64,000 nt of DNA from Tubiluchus corallicola (Eukaryota > Animalia > Priapulida): NCBI GenBank assembly GCA_030141605.1, contig JAQGDQ010000079.1, forward strand, positions 642,159 to 706,158, in the 5' to 3' direction. This document shows positions 12,500-26,278 of this stretch, one piece after another. Position numbers and translations under genes: made by a program. The notes under the pieces are model-generated. The model was not told where the DNA came from. It made no database searches and saw only the letters and a program-made list of their open reading frames with translations. Position 1 is the stretch's first letter; each line of letters starts with the position of its first letter.

Positions 12500-15400
12500 C
12501 TAGTACTGGTGGTTAGCAACAAACAGAGATTTACCACCAGCAGCTCCAGCCATTCCACCTCCGTACTTGCCTAGTGCTGCCAATCCGTTTGCCTGGGAAG
12601 TACAAAAATGTTGTTAAACGCACATCTGACACAAGTTCAGTAATACAAAATTCTAGCAAGCTCGTCCAAAAACAATAATACTCTTAAGCATGCTTGTGTA
12701 AAATAGAACATGCATAGTAAGCAAAGCTAAACTATAAAATACTTTGTGGTCATACCACACTGTAGCTTTTGTAGAATCTCAAGAATTTTTGTGACAATGG
12801 ATTACTTTAAAAAGACTTTGTGTGCTGACACGAATATAATGCAAAATAAAGACAGCTTGAATAACACTAATTGTAAACTTCACAACAGAAGTATAACACC
12901 TATCACAAACCTTTCTCTCAATTCTACACCTACCAAAAATGTACCTTACCAGGTCGAAAATTAAGCAGGCAAATATGTACACACACAAGGATAATCACAG
13001 TAATATTAAAGCACATAACCGATACCTGTGCTCTCTTCTTAAACTCATCCTGTGCAGCTTTGACCAATTCTGGCTTTCCTTGCCAGGCAGCCAGTACTGA
13101 TGCTTGCAGAGCACGTCCATAGCTGAATGTCAGGCCCCATGGGTTCTTGCCCTTGCACTGATTGATCGCACTTAGATTCAATGACGCCTCTTCCTCACTT
13201 TGACCACCCGACAAGAAGGTCACACCTAACAGAAAAAACATTAATGAAATTTGCATACAAAGTCTCATATGGATTCACAAGTGTTAAGACTCTAGACACA
13301 GTAACAAAAGCTCTAAAGAACACTTGTAAAAGAGCAAACAGAACAGTATGCGCCATAAAAAGCATAATAAAAGGTAATTATTAAACATGTATAAGCAGTT
13401 TAATACTAACAAGATTTCTAAAGGTCGCACAAAATAAATAACACAATCTGACAGAAAAAACAGAAATTAGAATTACAAATCACACATATTAGGTAAGTAA
13501 ATCCTTACGGATGAGAATTTGAAACAATTGCAAGACCTAATCTAATGTGCAAAGAAAGTTCAAAAACATCAAACCTGCATAAACTCTCGCTACAGTATAC
13601 CATTTTCAGTAAAGGCAGCAGTCTGACAACCTTTTCAAATAAACGATTATGCACTAACTTGTTGTTGTTGTTGGCATCCTTCTGTCTCGAAAGACAATGG
13701 ATTGTGCGCCAAGAGAGTCAGTTATTAATAAAATTGATGGAGCTGCAGCGTCGACTGTGACTGAGCAGTCCGATCCTTGAGCGGCAGTTCCGGCTGCAGG
13801 TTATACATTGGAAGGCTGTTTCATCCGGATGAGGTAGGGCATCTTTCTGGTGCCTGCGAGTCCTTTTATCCTCTTGTTTTTCCTCCCTCGTTTTCTCCGC
13901 TCTGTTAATGGCTGTCCTAACAGCAGATTTCCAGTTGCTTCGATCTGCCGTAAGCGCCTCGTAATTTGCTGGTGTCATGCCGCCTGCCTTGAGGTCCCGT
14001 TTACATACATCTTTGTAGCGGAGCAGTGGCCTCCCGGTGGGTCGGGAGCCAGTAGCAAGCTCACCGTACAGAATGTCCTTGGGCAATCTGCCGTCCTGCA
14101 TGCGGGAAACATGGCCTAGCCAGCGCAGACGTCTGTTGGTGAGTATGGCATACATGCTAGGGATTCCAGCTTTTGCTAGCACATCCTTGTTGGTTATGTG
14201 CTCCTGCCATGAGATGCCCAGGATTCTTCTGAGGCAGCGTTGGTGGAAAGCATTGAGCCTGCGTTCTTGATGGCTATACAGAGTCCAACTCTCGCTCCCG
14301 TACAACAGTGTGCTCAGTACACAGGCTTGGTACACCTGGGACTTTGTCCTGATAGTCAGCATGTTGTTTTCCCACACCCTCTTTGTTAAGCGAGCCATCG
14401 TTGATGAGGCCTTGCCGATTCTGGAGTTCAGTTCTGTGGCCAAGCTAAGATTGCTGGAAATAACAGAACCAAGATAGGTGAAATCTTCCACCACGTCAAG
14501 GCAGCAGTCATCGATGGAGATGTGAGGGGCTGGGGAAACATTTTGGCCTAAAACCTTGGTCTTTTGGATGCTGATTGTGAGGCCAAACTCACTGCAGGCA
14601 TGGGCAAAGTTGTCAATGAGGCCTTGGAGGCCGGCTTCAGTGTGAGCTGTCAGTGCGGCATCATCTGCAAACAGCATTTCACGAATGAGAACTTTGCGAA
14701 CCCGTGACTTTGCTCGGAGACGAGAGAGGTTGAACAGGCTGCCGTCGCTTCGTGTGTGTAAATAGACTCCCTCTTCAGTTTCTTTAAATGCATAGCACAG
14801 CAGCAGAGAGAACAGGATACCAAAGAGGGTTGGGGCAAGGACACATCCTTGTTTAACTCCGCTTTTGATTGGGAATGGGTGTGAGGAAGAGCCGTCGGAC
14901 TGAACAGTACCTTTCATTTCCTCGTGGAAGGAAGTAATCAGTCTCAGCAGCTTTGGGGGGCATCCAATTCTCTGCAGGAGTGTAAACAGGCCCGATCTGC
15001 TAACCAAATCAAATGCTTTGGTCAAGTCAATGAATGCTATAAACAGGGGCCGTCGTTGTTCGCGGCATTTTTCCTGGAGCTGTCTTAGAGAGAATATCAT
15101 GTCGATGGTGGATCTCTCTGCCCTGAAACCGCATTGTGCTTCTGGGTAAACCCGTTCGGCGAGACGGTGGAGTCTGTTTAGTAGCACGCGGGCAAAGGTC
15201 TTTCCCACGGTGGAGAGGAGGGATATTCCGCGATAGTTGTTGCAATCGCTCCGATCGCCTTTATTTTTGTAAAGGGTAATGATGTTGGCATCACGCATGT
15301 CCTGAGGCACAGTACCTTCATCCCAGCATTGTAAAAGGAGGTCGTGCAAATGCTCGAGGAGACAGGTTTGTTTACCTGCTTTAATGACCTCTGGGGGTAT

Positions 15401-18400
15401 ACCATCACTTCCAGGAGCTTTGCCGCTCGCCAGAGAGTCGATAGCTTTGATGAGCTCCTCACTGGTAGGTGGATCGTCGAGCTCCTCCATGACTGGCAAG
15501 GGGGTCGTGTATTCCACAGCTCTTTCTGTGACAGTGGTTTGTCTTGAGAACAGCTTTTGGTAGTGTTCTGCCCATCTCTCCATTTGTTTGGCACGGTCAG
15601 TGATGATTTCTCCAGTGGTGGACTTCACAGGGGCAATCTTGGTGATACTGGGGCCAAAGGCCTTCTTCATTCCCTCATACATGCCGCGAATATTACCACG
15701 GTCAGCTGACGTTTGGATACTCAGGCATATAGACTGCCAGTAATTGTTTGCGCACTGCCGGGCAATCCGCTGTACGTCGCTTCTGGCCTTCCTGAGAACT
15801 GCGAGTGTGCTTTCACTAACTATAAGACAGTTATTTCGCTATGTATTTCTACTGGGAGTATAATAATCAAATGACAAACCTGGAACTGCAGGTGGCACTG
15901 TTCTAGACAATGCCACGACTGTTGCCATGCCAATCTCAGCTGGTGTAGCACGCGTTTGACACTGCATGCCGGGTGTGCACATATTGGGTTTCAGCAGTGT
16001 ACCTTCCAGGTAAATGTTATGATCACTAAGTGCTTTGTATACAGCAGCCAGCACCTGTAATTTCATGTGAATGCAAAGTAATGATCAAAATTTTTATAGA
16101 TACTTTGTATGCCTTTTACATAGCAGCCAGCCCTTATAATTTCATATGAATATCAGATAAATTTTATGATTAGTACAATTCTTTGCTCACAGCTGCCAAT
16201 GCATACAGTTTATCAGAATAATCGGGAAGACTTCCACATGGAAACAGTTCGACCTACGAGACTTTTTTATGAAAAGTCACTATCTACAGGTCAATCATGG
16301 TCAGCCTAATTTACATTTAATATGACGACACAAATTTCTAATGCTAAAGCAGGGGTGAAACTTTCAGTTAAAAATTTATGTCTACAATTAAAATTACACT
16401 AGACATAACAGTGATTATTTCTTTGACATAAGTTTCAAACTACCTTTTCAGTGACTTTCTGACTGGTTCTTAAGTCATGTGTCCCATCTGGTAAAATTTC
16501 AGGCTCAACGATTGGTACTAGTCCAGCCATCTGACAGATACTGGCATATCTGGTTCATAAAATCAAATTTTTGAACATTTAAAACAAGATAATTGATTTG
16601 AAAGTTAACCACCAATGTTAATAAACCTCTAACTGTTTAAATGAGCATAGTCTCTACTTTTTTATTTTATTTTAATTATTTTCAGTTATTCAGTTACTGT
16701 TACAATGAAACCAGTAAAGTGTATATAAAGTAGGAAGTAGGACCGAGACATTATCTGCAAACAGGATAAGAAATGCCTGGATTTGCTAAAAAGCACCAAA
16801 TTCCTCAAGATTAATAATTGATGACTTTGCTGATTAGCTATTAATCACAATTCAAATGACTCGTGGATTTAGCTAAAAGTATCAGTAGCTTCACTTAATT
16901 GTTGTTATGAAATGATATTAAATTCTTCCCAAATACATTTTTTATAAAAATTAAAAATAAAAAATAATTCCTGCTAATAATCGAGAAACAGATTTTTCTC
17001 AGTGAATTATTTATGCCTAAATTAAGTGAATTTTTTGGAATATGTAATGCAAAAGTAATATTAGTTTTAAGATTTAAAAAATTAAATACTAGAAACAAAG
17101 TACTTACTAAGTGTGTTCACTTGAATGCATTTGTGGAAAAACTAGGTTTCGGGTATCAAGTAATAGGAAAATTTACACACAATTAAAATTATTCCATGCA
17201 AAAGGCTTAGTGCATCACTTACCAAAATTCTACAGTTGAATTACATAACTTTTACAATTGTTATAAAAACTGTAACATTGCTATTTACGTTTTACAAAGT
17301 AACTTTAAGTTTTACATATGACCAACAGTTAGTGTTATTCAAAACTTTGATACTACTTTGTAAAATGCTTATTTCACTAAATATCTGCCCAAATCAGCAG
17401 CATCTGGTTTGACTTTACTGAGGCTGATAGTTGGTACTCAGATCTTGTTCATAGGAGATATAATATATGATAAAGAAATTTTAAGTTCTTAAAAATTTAC
17501 TCCATCAAGCTGCAGAAGGAATTTCAAGTTAAAAAATGGTATAGAATGCTACTGCACAAGTGAATGTAAATTTCTCATGAAAAAACATGTATATTTACAC
17601 TTTTTATGCTACAATTGTTATACCTGGCCAAGACGTTCGCATTTTCCAAAACAGCTAGCTGTGATGGCATTCCATCACCAATTTTCAACACACACCGCCA
17701 TTTTGCGAAATCGCACCCATCAGCCTTGTACTGTACACATCGCTCTTGTAAACCATCCAGACCTACAGAAAAATAGCAATTTTAAAGATAAATGGACTTC
17801 ATAAAATAAGAATACAACAGAAAGTGACGTAAGAAAAATGACTATAATAGCACATTGCAGCTAATTGGCTCTATCTCTTATTTCTGATTAAAAATATTTC
17901 TTGTCTACTCTACCTACCTTGTGTTGTGCATTCACCATTTGTCCCCATGAGAGGAACGACACCTTTGTCTACTTTGATGCCCCTCAGAATACCACGCTTT
18001 TTCAAAACATCAGCAAATAATTCACCTAGAATATAAACCAGTTATTGTTAATAATAGTGGCAAATGTAGAAAAAATTATCAAAATGAATTAGCTAGAGAT
18101 ATTAACCACCAGCAAACAGAACCAACGAAGCTAATAGGATTTAAGTCACAAGCTCATACATGCCTGCTAAATACATTTTAAATGACAAAAGAAAATTCTA
18201 ACTAGTTTACTCGGCTTTAGTCCTATAGTAACAGAAGTGCTATTTAATTTAAAAAAACAACACAATAGCCATAAAAACATTACTAGGCCAGAATAAAGGC
18301 CACCATGCTTTTTACTCAGTTTCATTTAACATTGGATAGAAAAAAAGATGAAGAATAGTCATTGCTCTATTCTAGATAAAATTACAATTTGTTGAATAAG

Positions 18401-19459
18401 TAGTGTTACATACAAATACAAACACAATTCCCAATTACATTCACGGTTTGCTGAAGTAATACTAATGGCAATAAAAGTAAATTAAAATTTAAGAAGCACA
18501 AAAATCTAAGTAACCTAAGTACATTAAGTGGTATGATTATAGTGGATATACTGTCAAGTATAAATACCTTCGTTTGTCTTTTGATAAAGAGTTTCATGGA
18601 AAAGAATTACTCCGCTAATGCTGTCGTTGATGACATCTTCAGAGGTGAACAACAGCTGGCGATAGAGACGTCGATTCTCCTCAGTATTCTCAGCATTTAT
18701 GTTGGCAAAACGTTTGCCAATCGTACCTAAAACATATATTTCTTAAATAAGAAGCATTTATCTAAGCATTGCGGATTAAAAGGCTATTACGTGAAAGATG
18801 CCAACCTAGTATTGTAATTTTACTAACTCTGAACATAGGAACTGGAGCAAATAATCAACAAAAAATTATGCTTGTTACACAGTGAAGCACGCTACAAGCC
18901 AGAATTGAGCATTGAATTGGAGGACCTATTCAATTTAGATGATTGTTGCAGGATAGTAACCCACATCAAGGATAATTTTCCATACTGAGACATTGGACCA
19001 GAGCAGAGCAGAGGTGTCTCAGCCATATTCAGATGTGTATACAATTTCCATCAAAAAACTGGCAGTCATTTATCCATTCAGGACTAAGTACGCTTAGTAC
19101 AGCATTAAGTAACATCGGTCATTATGCATACACAGTAACCATTCGCTATTCATAAAGCCTCAAAGTCACAGTCACTTCACAGTAAAGGAGCCTTAGGAAG
19201 TAGATTTCTGCAATATTCACCAAGATTAATCTATTAAAACCAAAAATATCATGGATTTATTTTGTATACATGTGCAAAATGCTGAACAGCGCCATTTAAT
19301 GAAAGGAATGCAAACATTACAGCAGAGCAGTACTTTTCTTTGACAACAAGTTTTCTCACCTGTACTTTCATCGGCAGCCAGCAGACCTTTGCCTGGAGCT
19401 ACAATAGCACAAGCAATTTTATGCAGTTCTGCCTTTTGATCAGGAGTCAAGAAAACCAT
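12500..19459 (-). CDS. ALDO: Fructose-bisphosphate aldolase, class I, 8 coding exons, 359 aa
   Basis: Coding exons (minus) 19459-19360, 18726-18568, 18025-17918, 17762-17624, 16549-16444, 16054-15880, 13225-13026 and 12592-12500 are GT-AG with consistent phases (1080 nt). Motifs [33 protein letters not shown] (Schiff-base Lys), [20 protein letters not shown] and the C-terminal Tyr are all present. Confidence 0.97.
13660..15813 (-). mobile_element. 5'-truncated RTE-clade LINE inserted in aldolase intron 6 (same strand as aldolase)
   Basis: 8-bp target-site duplication CACTAACT at 13652-13659 and 15814-15821. (CAA)n tail at 13660-13672. 3' stem-loop TGTCT-TTCG-AGACA. Visibly GC-richer than the host DNA. 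No endonuclease domain, consistent with 5' truncation. Confidence 0.95.
13718..15682 (-). CDS. RTE-type reverse transcriptase with C-terminal C2H2 zinc finger (frame stays open upstream past the 5' junction)
   Basis: 654-aa ORF with [66 protein letters not shown] and [17 protein letters not shown]. Confidence 0.93.
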   Translation of the reverse strand: MYEGMKKAFGPSITKIAPVKSTTGEIITDRAKQMERWAEHYQKLFSRQTTVTERAVEYTTPLPVMEELDDPPTSEELIKAIDSLASGKAPGSDGIPPEVIKAGKQTCLLEHLHDLLLQCWDEGTVPQDMRDANIITLYKNKGDRSDCNNYRGISLLSTVGKTFARVLLNRLHRLAERVYPEAQCGFRAERSTIDMIFSLRQLQEKCREQRRPLFIAFIDLTKAFDLVSRSGLFTLLQRIGCPPKLLRLITSFHEEMKGTVQSDGSSSHPFPIKSGVKQGCVLAPTLFGILFSLLLCYAFKETEEGVYLHTRSDGSLFNLSRLRAKSRVRKVLIREMLFADDAALTAHTEAGLQGLIDNFAHACSEFGLTISIQKTKVLGQNVSPAPHISIDDCCLDVVEDFTYLGSVISSNLSLATELNSRIGKASSTMARLTKRVWENNMLTIRTKSQVYQACVLSTLLYGSESWTLYSHQERRLNAFHQRCLRRILGISWQEHITNKDVLAKAGIPSMYAILTNRRLRWLGHVSRMQDGRLPKDILYGELATGSRPTGRPLLRYKDVCKRDLKAGGMTPANYEALTADRSNWKSAVRTAINRAEKTREEKQEDKRTRRHQKDALPHPDETAFQCITCSRNCRSRIGLLSHSRRCSSINFINN

Positions 19460-22400
19460 GTTTGCTGGTAACAATCACACTAAATATACAATACAAAAAC
19501 ATGACCATTAAACTATATACTGTATGTAACATATAGTCAGTGATTCGTATTTTGGCAAATAACAAAAGCAAAGCGATAAAGGTTAAAGATAAAACACACA
19601 AGTTTTATTTATTTTAAATGCAATAAATTATGTTTTAAATTAATAAGGGATGAAAAAATGCTACTTTTATGTTTTGCTTACAAATAACTGAAATAACAAA
19701 CTATACAGAATCGTTAAGACACTGCCATATAGAACTCATTTTTAAAAAGTAAAACTAACAGACGCCTATTGACTTAAAAATAGTTTCTTATGCCCAGGCT
19801 ACTATTGCAGAGAACTAAACTTAAATTTGAAGCAGCCAACAATTATTTTTAGTTCCATCTCCCAAACTTTAAACCGAATCAACAAGCTAGGGTTGCTGGG
19901 GAGCGTTTGCGGAAGCTGTCCAGAAGCCATGAATGCTGTACCACAGAATAAACACAATATTGATCAGGCTTCAGCTGCAAGCTAACCAAGAACCATTTCA
20001 CTAACAACAGATGTGGTGCTGCATGTAGTCAAGGTCAAATAAAACAGAAGCCATGATATTATGTAGCAGTTGGTGAAAACTGAAAAGTATTGAAACTTGA
20101 AAGTAAACCAGATCACCCTCCCCTTATCCAAATGTTTACTGCTGAGGTTGACTTAATTAGAAGTTGAACATGAACAGAGAGCAAGAAAATTACATAATAT
20201 TTTTAAAATTAGGTTTCTTAACTTGGCCATTGTAAATTTTATCCCTCTTCAGGTTGGCACAAGCACGTCGTATGTGTACTGGTGCTAGTAATGACAACTA
20301 TTCATTTCAAGTTTAGAAAGTTTCATAATTTTACTTTCTCTTCAGTTGTATTAATATTACTACAGCTACTAGATGACTCTTTAGTTGGGTCGTTGTCATT
20401 TCTCCCTCTACAGTCAATATTACCTACATGACAATTATTTACCTGCTCGTCTAAGTACTACTATTTATACAAAAGTTTGAACGTAACTGAATGTATAGTT
20501 ATTTATGCAAGTCTTTGAGCATAATGATTGGTAATTACTGTACATCTGTATTATTAAAGAGAAAAATAATTTTCAATTCAATAGCAACATTCAGAAAAAA
20601 ATGCTATTACTATGTAGTTTATTCGGTTGTTGTCAGAAATGGCATTCCAATCTTAATTAATAGTTTAATCTTTGCTATAGATTAACCATACCATAAACGT
20701 GAATACAATTATATGCTATAGTAAAATAATTTAAAGACATGTTAAAACTATCTTGTTCACCGATTTAATATAATGGGCTTAGTGTTACAGGCCATTAAAT
20801 CACTTTCTACGTAAATAATCACTGTAAAGTGGTTCTTGAAAACTCGCCAAAGTAGTTTTGATAGACCTAGAGTATAAAAACCAGTTCAGGAAGTTCTTCC
20901 CTGGAAAACAGTTAGCCACAGTTGTACAGTAGAATAGTAAAGGTATATACCTGTTTTTCCACTATATAAAAAAACAGTAGCATAAAATGCTAGGAAAAAA
21001 GTGACATGCTTACAGTTAAAAAAATGATGTATTTACATTGTACTAATACGCAATGTGAAATGAATACTCTTTGCACAAAACCTCAACATTCACTTTCATA
21101 CAGTCACTTGCAACAAGACGTGAATCTTAGTTGTAGATTAGGCATATTCCGAGTGTCATTTACCATTTGTAGCACCAGTCTAAAACTAAATAATGGGATA
21201 CTAGTGATTGGGAAATACAATGCAGCAATATCATTAGTAAAGATTAGGAAGCAGTAAGGGCCAATCAAGATTTCTGGGAGGGGATACTACTTATAAGAGG
21301 GCATCATACAATAGATAATGATTAGGGATGATATGTTGGAAACAATGGGTAAGAAAAGTAACTAAACCTCCTAAAAGCCTACCTCATATATTAAGTCAGA
21401 GATGCTGGCTAGGGACGCAATCAAGTGTTTTTTCTTGAAGTCAAGATAAAATATATAATACCAAGCAAAGTAGGATAATCGAAGTAGCTAGTCCACTGAT
21501 TTAGACATGACAACAGATTAGAAACAAGTGAACCGGAATTCACATGCGTTCAGTTTGGATGTGAAAAACTAGAATCACTGTTCCAAAACACAGCTTTAAG
21601 GCAAAGGCATTTTGTTAACTACCGATGGATGACAAAGATGCAAAGATCATCACATGAGGGACATGCATTTGTCTGTTTAAAGATGGGGTTAACATTACAG
21701 CTAAGGTAACACCGAGAGAGCACTCCAGAATTGAGAAACTTACGAAATAAAAGGAAACGAGGGACAGCAACAGATACATCCTAGCAGACTATTAACAGCT
21801 ATGCTGGCACACTGCGAACCTGAACCGGTCTTTAGTAAATTATTATTTAAAATACTGTGCAAGCCAGTGGCAATTATATCTCTATCAGTTGCAAGCACAT
21901 AGCATATTAACCAATTTTTGCTGAAGGGGTGATCTAAGAAACTTTACAGAAAATAAACTGTATTAAGTTTACAAAAAGGTTCATTATGCAAACCAGATGG
22001 TTTATTAACATTAAAAAGCTTTCAGGCCACTACAACAAATGTGACAACAAATGGAATGTTAAGTTTAACAACACACAAAAACCACAATAGATTATTATAA
22101 TCCCTACAATGTAGCTGTTTCATTGATACAGCCTGCAATACAAGTAATTAAGAAATCTGGAAGATAAGGCAATGCGGTAGCAAAACACTAACTTTTGACG
22201 TTTTGTGACTCATAGCTCGTGTTCAGATCCTAAGACTGTAATAACTGAACGTTTACTGCTATAACACTGCAGTTAGTTGAAATGTACACTTGGTTCATTT
22301 TTATTAGCGAATATAAATGATTAGAACCATTGAATTTAACAATCGGGTACCCGACGGGTATAAGGAAAAAATTAATCCTACCCGTGCAAACACTATTATA

Positions 22401-22541
22401 ATTATTCATTTTATTGTAGAATGAGTGATGAATATTACTACTATTTTTTATTAGTGCAGATTGTAAAAATCACACATACATACCAGGTAACTAATATTAG
22501 TACTACCTAGATTTCTAAATTCGTCACAAAATGTAACTCAC

Positions 22542-22664
22542 CAGAGGACAAAACTAGTAAAACAACACAATCAGAGAGAAGAGAAATTCAGTAAATCACA
22601 AATCTCTTCCCAACTGAAAACGCCAATCCTCTTGGAAGTTGCAGAACGGCTGGTGATCACGTGA
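22542..22664 (-). promoter_or_regulatory. Probable aldolase non-coding first exon and core promoter (Inr + E-box)
   Basis: Strong donor CTG|GTGAGT with exon end at 22542. TCAGTT initiator-like motif at 22617-22612. Palindromic TCACGTGA at 22657-22664. The first coding exon has an acceptor 5 nt upstream of its ATG (19464), which implies an upstream UTR exon. Confidence 0.55.
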
Positions 22665-25563
22665 GGAATAGGAATGGTGGGATTGCAAGGAAAACTGGGA
22701 ACGTCAGCTTTATGGAAAGCAAAACGTGCCAATAAGACATAGCGAACTACGCTAATTTTATGAACAGCGGTACTCTACTCTACGTTAAACTAACAAAAAA
22801 ATTTATGCACCCAAATAAACAATAGAATTTAAATAAACGACTGTATGTTGAGAAATGAAAAAACTGTTCTGTTAACATAGCTTAGGTTCTCATAATGGGC
22901 ATTTAACACAACTTTGGGAATTTTTTTTACAATTTAACTGTACAAGAGAAACTCAGCATCCAACTTATGAAATATGCAGGTTTACCATTTGTAGGCTATT
23001 CTACATAATTTTAGCAATTAACTGTGCTACCTGGCAAAATAAGCTACTATAACATTAAACGTCACAACGTAACCAATTCTTAAAAAATTTAAAAATGAAC
23101 ATTAATGTAGTAGCAAAGATTTTATTAATAAATTAAATGTGCACAACGAAGTCTAGATCTAATCATTTACAGTAACATTTTTTTGCTAGCACAAAAATTT
23201 CAACTTTAACAAGATATCTTGAGATCTGTGAAAAATTGAAGAATTTTTTTTGGATGCAGCCAGAAATTAACTATAGTACAGTGAACATAAACACGAACAT
23301 AGACAGCTAACTAGCACTGAACTGCAAGCAAAATAATGTATGAATATGTGACTGCAAACTATAATACATAGTGGCTTAAATTTTCATGTAAGCAGTAAGC
23401 ACTAATTGTCTCAAGCCTAAGACCAGAATGTCAGTGAATTTATCATGTGTAGCAACCAAGAAACATGTGCAAATCTAATGGAAGGCTTGTGAGGATATGG
23501 GAAGCTATTAAAAATCTTATTAAGACAATTAATAGACAATGTGAGGCAGTTGAAAGGAAAGAATTAATGCAATTATAAATCTATGAAAAGCTATATATTC
23601 AAAAGTGTGAAACTAATGGAAGTCAGATAAAACTAGGTGAAATACTGAGAAAACATGAAGTCAAAAATTGGGAAGTGTTCGGAAATCAGGAAGTAAATGA
23701 AGATATACATAAACAAAGACTACTGGACGTTTTTGGAGTGTCCATCACAAGTTTTTTAAAACACTGGTACAAATTTACCCTTCTCTAACACTATAGAAAT
23801 TACAGGCAATACAGTGAAAAACAAACTTTTGGCATGATTATTAAATAAAGTGACACAAAACAATGAAGAGACAAGTTGCAAACATAAATCCTGATAATGA
23901 TTTCCGTAGCTGTTCATGATGTATGGCTTGTATGCCTTGTCTACATTTATACATTGGTGCAAATACAGTAAAACAGCTAAAATTTTAAACTAAGTGTTTC
24001 ACAAAAATTAATGTTTCTCTACACGTTCAACACCAGATAAATTTCTAACAAAGGAGCAAGGTAATTTTGTAAGACTTCTATGTAAATCAAACAAACTGGA
24101 CATCTTACAAAATTAATTATTTACAATTTCACATCGTTTTTACAATAGTATTTTTACCAACAAACAATTTATTAACAAGTTTTTCAATTATTTTTCTATG
24201 ATCACCCATGACACAATTTTACACAAAAATAGTTAACTAGAAAATCTCCTTTTTATGCTTAGCAATGTTGAGTTAACTTTCAAAAGCTGAATATACTACT
24301 ACGTAACTATGAAACAGATAAAAATAATACAAGATTTGTTTTTCAAATGTATCAATAAGCTCACATTCTAGCTCAGAAATTTGTAACAAAAATCAAAATA
24401 GCTCACTTCAAAATTTGTTGCCTAACTGATATTTTAGTCTTTTTGCTGACAACAAAGCATGCTACATGATAATTACATTTGAATTTGCACTGTAAAGGTT
24501 CAAAGATCACTGATCACAAACAGCGCTACTTTAATATCAATTTATTCAAAAAGTTCATTAGTGATGGGCTGATCAGCATTTTTGGGTAACAAGCTAATGA
24601 CGAGTCGATCAATTTTGCCATTTACAGATACCGATGAATCACAAGTTGGGCAAAATACGAAAGTATTACTGTTACAAGAATTATTTTTAAACTGCGTTAT
24701 CTTACCAATTATTTTGCACATCAGAAGCTATTACCCACAAGACTTCAATAATGAAACATTTGTAATTACTTGTCTGATTTCCAGGACAAGCGATTAACAC
24801 CCATAAAGTTACACAATTCATTTAAAAAAAGAAAAAAACTGATATTGTTCCCTGCAAACCGTGAGCCAACACGATGAAAATTACCAAGACTGCATAACGC
24901 CATCAGAACCGACGGCTGTTGTAAACTCCCCCAGCAGGATCCGAGCAGCATCTTGCTACGTTTGTTATTTGGAGCCATAACAGAGTATTTTTAAGACACT
25001 ACACTTTTTCACTTGCTCATTTTATTACATTTTTAGTTAACAAATATATTAAAAGTTTTGAGCCCACAGTTATTTTTCCTAAGCATTTATTCTTGTGAAT
25101 TCAATAACACAATTTACGATTTTGAGCTTTCTTAATTAAGTAAACATGTGAGAAAAATGTGGGCTTACCCAGCCTAGTACAAAATTCAAACAAACTTCTC
25201 TTCATCCTCTCATAATCATCATAATGATAATTAACAAAAACTGACATGTGCAAAAAAAGGCGTGGTGAAATACTATTTGATTATTTAAACGTCTTACAAC
25301 AACACGGGAAATCTTGATCACTAGACAGTTTTAATTCGTGCATCCATTCCTGCTCAATTATTAACTTGTTATACACTATGTTAAACCAATCATGCATTTG
25401 CATTTACTTTTTTAACAATATTTGACCGTACGCTAATCAAACACAAATGTTCATTCACTGACTACTGATCGGCTCGGCCCATCACTAATTCATACTCGCA
25501 TAACATACGAAACTAAAGAACGGAAATAAAAAAGTGAAGAAAAAGAAGACGGGAGAAAAGGCA

Positions 25564-26055
<492 letters not shown>

Positions 26056-26278
26056 CTAATTTTTGTTACTGCTTTCGCTATACATGCTGGTTGTCTGGCA
26101 GTGATCTGCAAACCCTTGATTCAAAATCCAAGGATGATTTCGGCTTGCATGTAAATATTCACTAAACCATTCAGACTTTTCCAAACTGACATATTAAATC
26201 ACGATAAATATGAAAAAAACCAATTGAAAAAATAAGATTCCCTGAAACATGATTTGAAGGCCTCTTAACATTTTTTCA

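Noticed and set aside
13545-15594. Several short overlapping or antisense ORFs within the RTE
   Set aside because: Shadow frames of a GC-richer coding sequence, with no motifs.
20210-20240. ATGGCCAAG as an alternative aldolase start exon
   Set aside because: Weak donor, and out of frame with the first coding exon.
22640-22680. Full carbohydrate response element (two E-boxes 5 bp apart) at the aldolase promoter
   Set aside because: Only one CACGTG; no second half-site at the right spacing.
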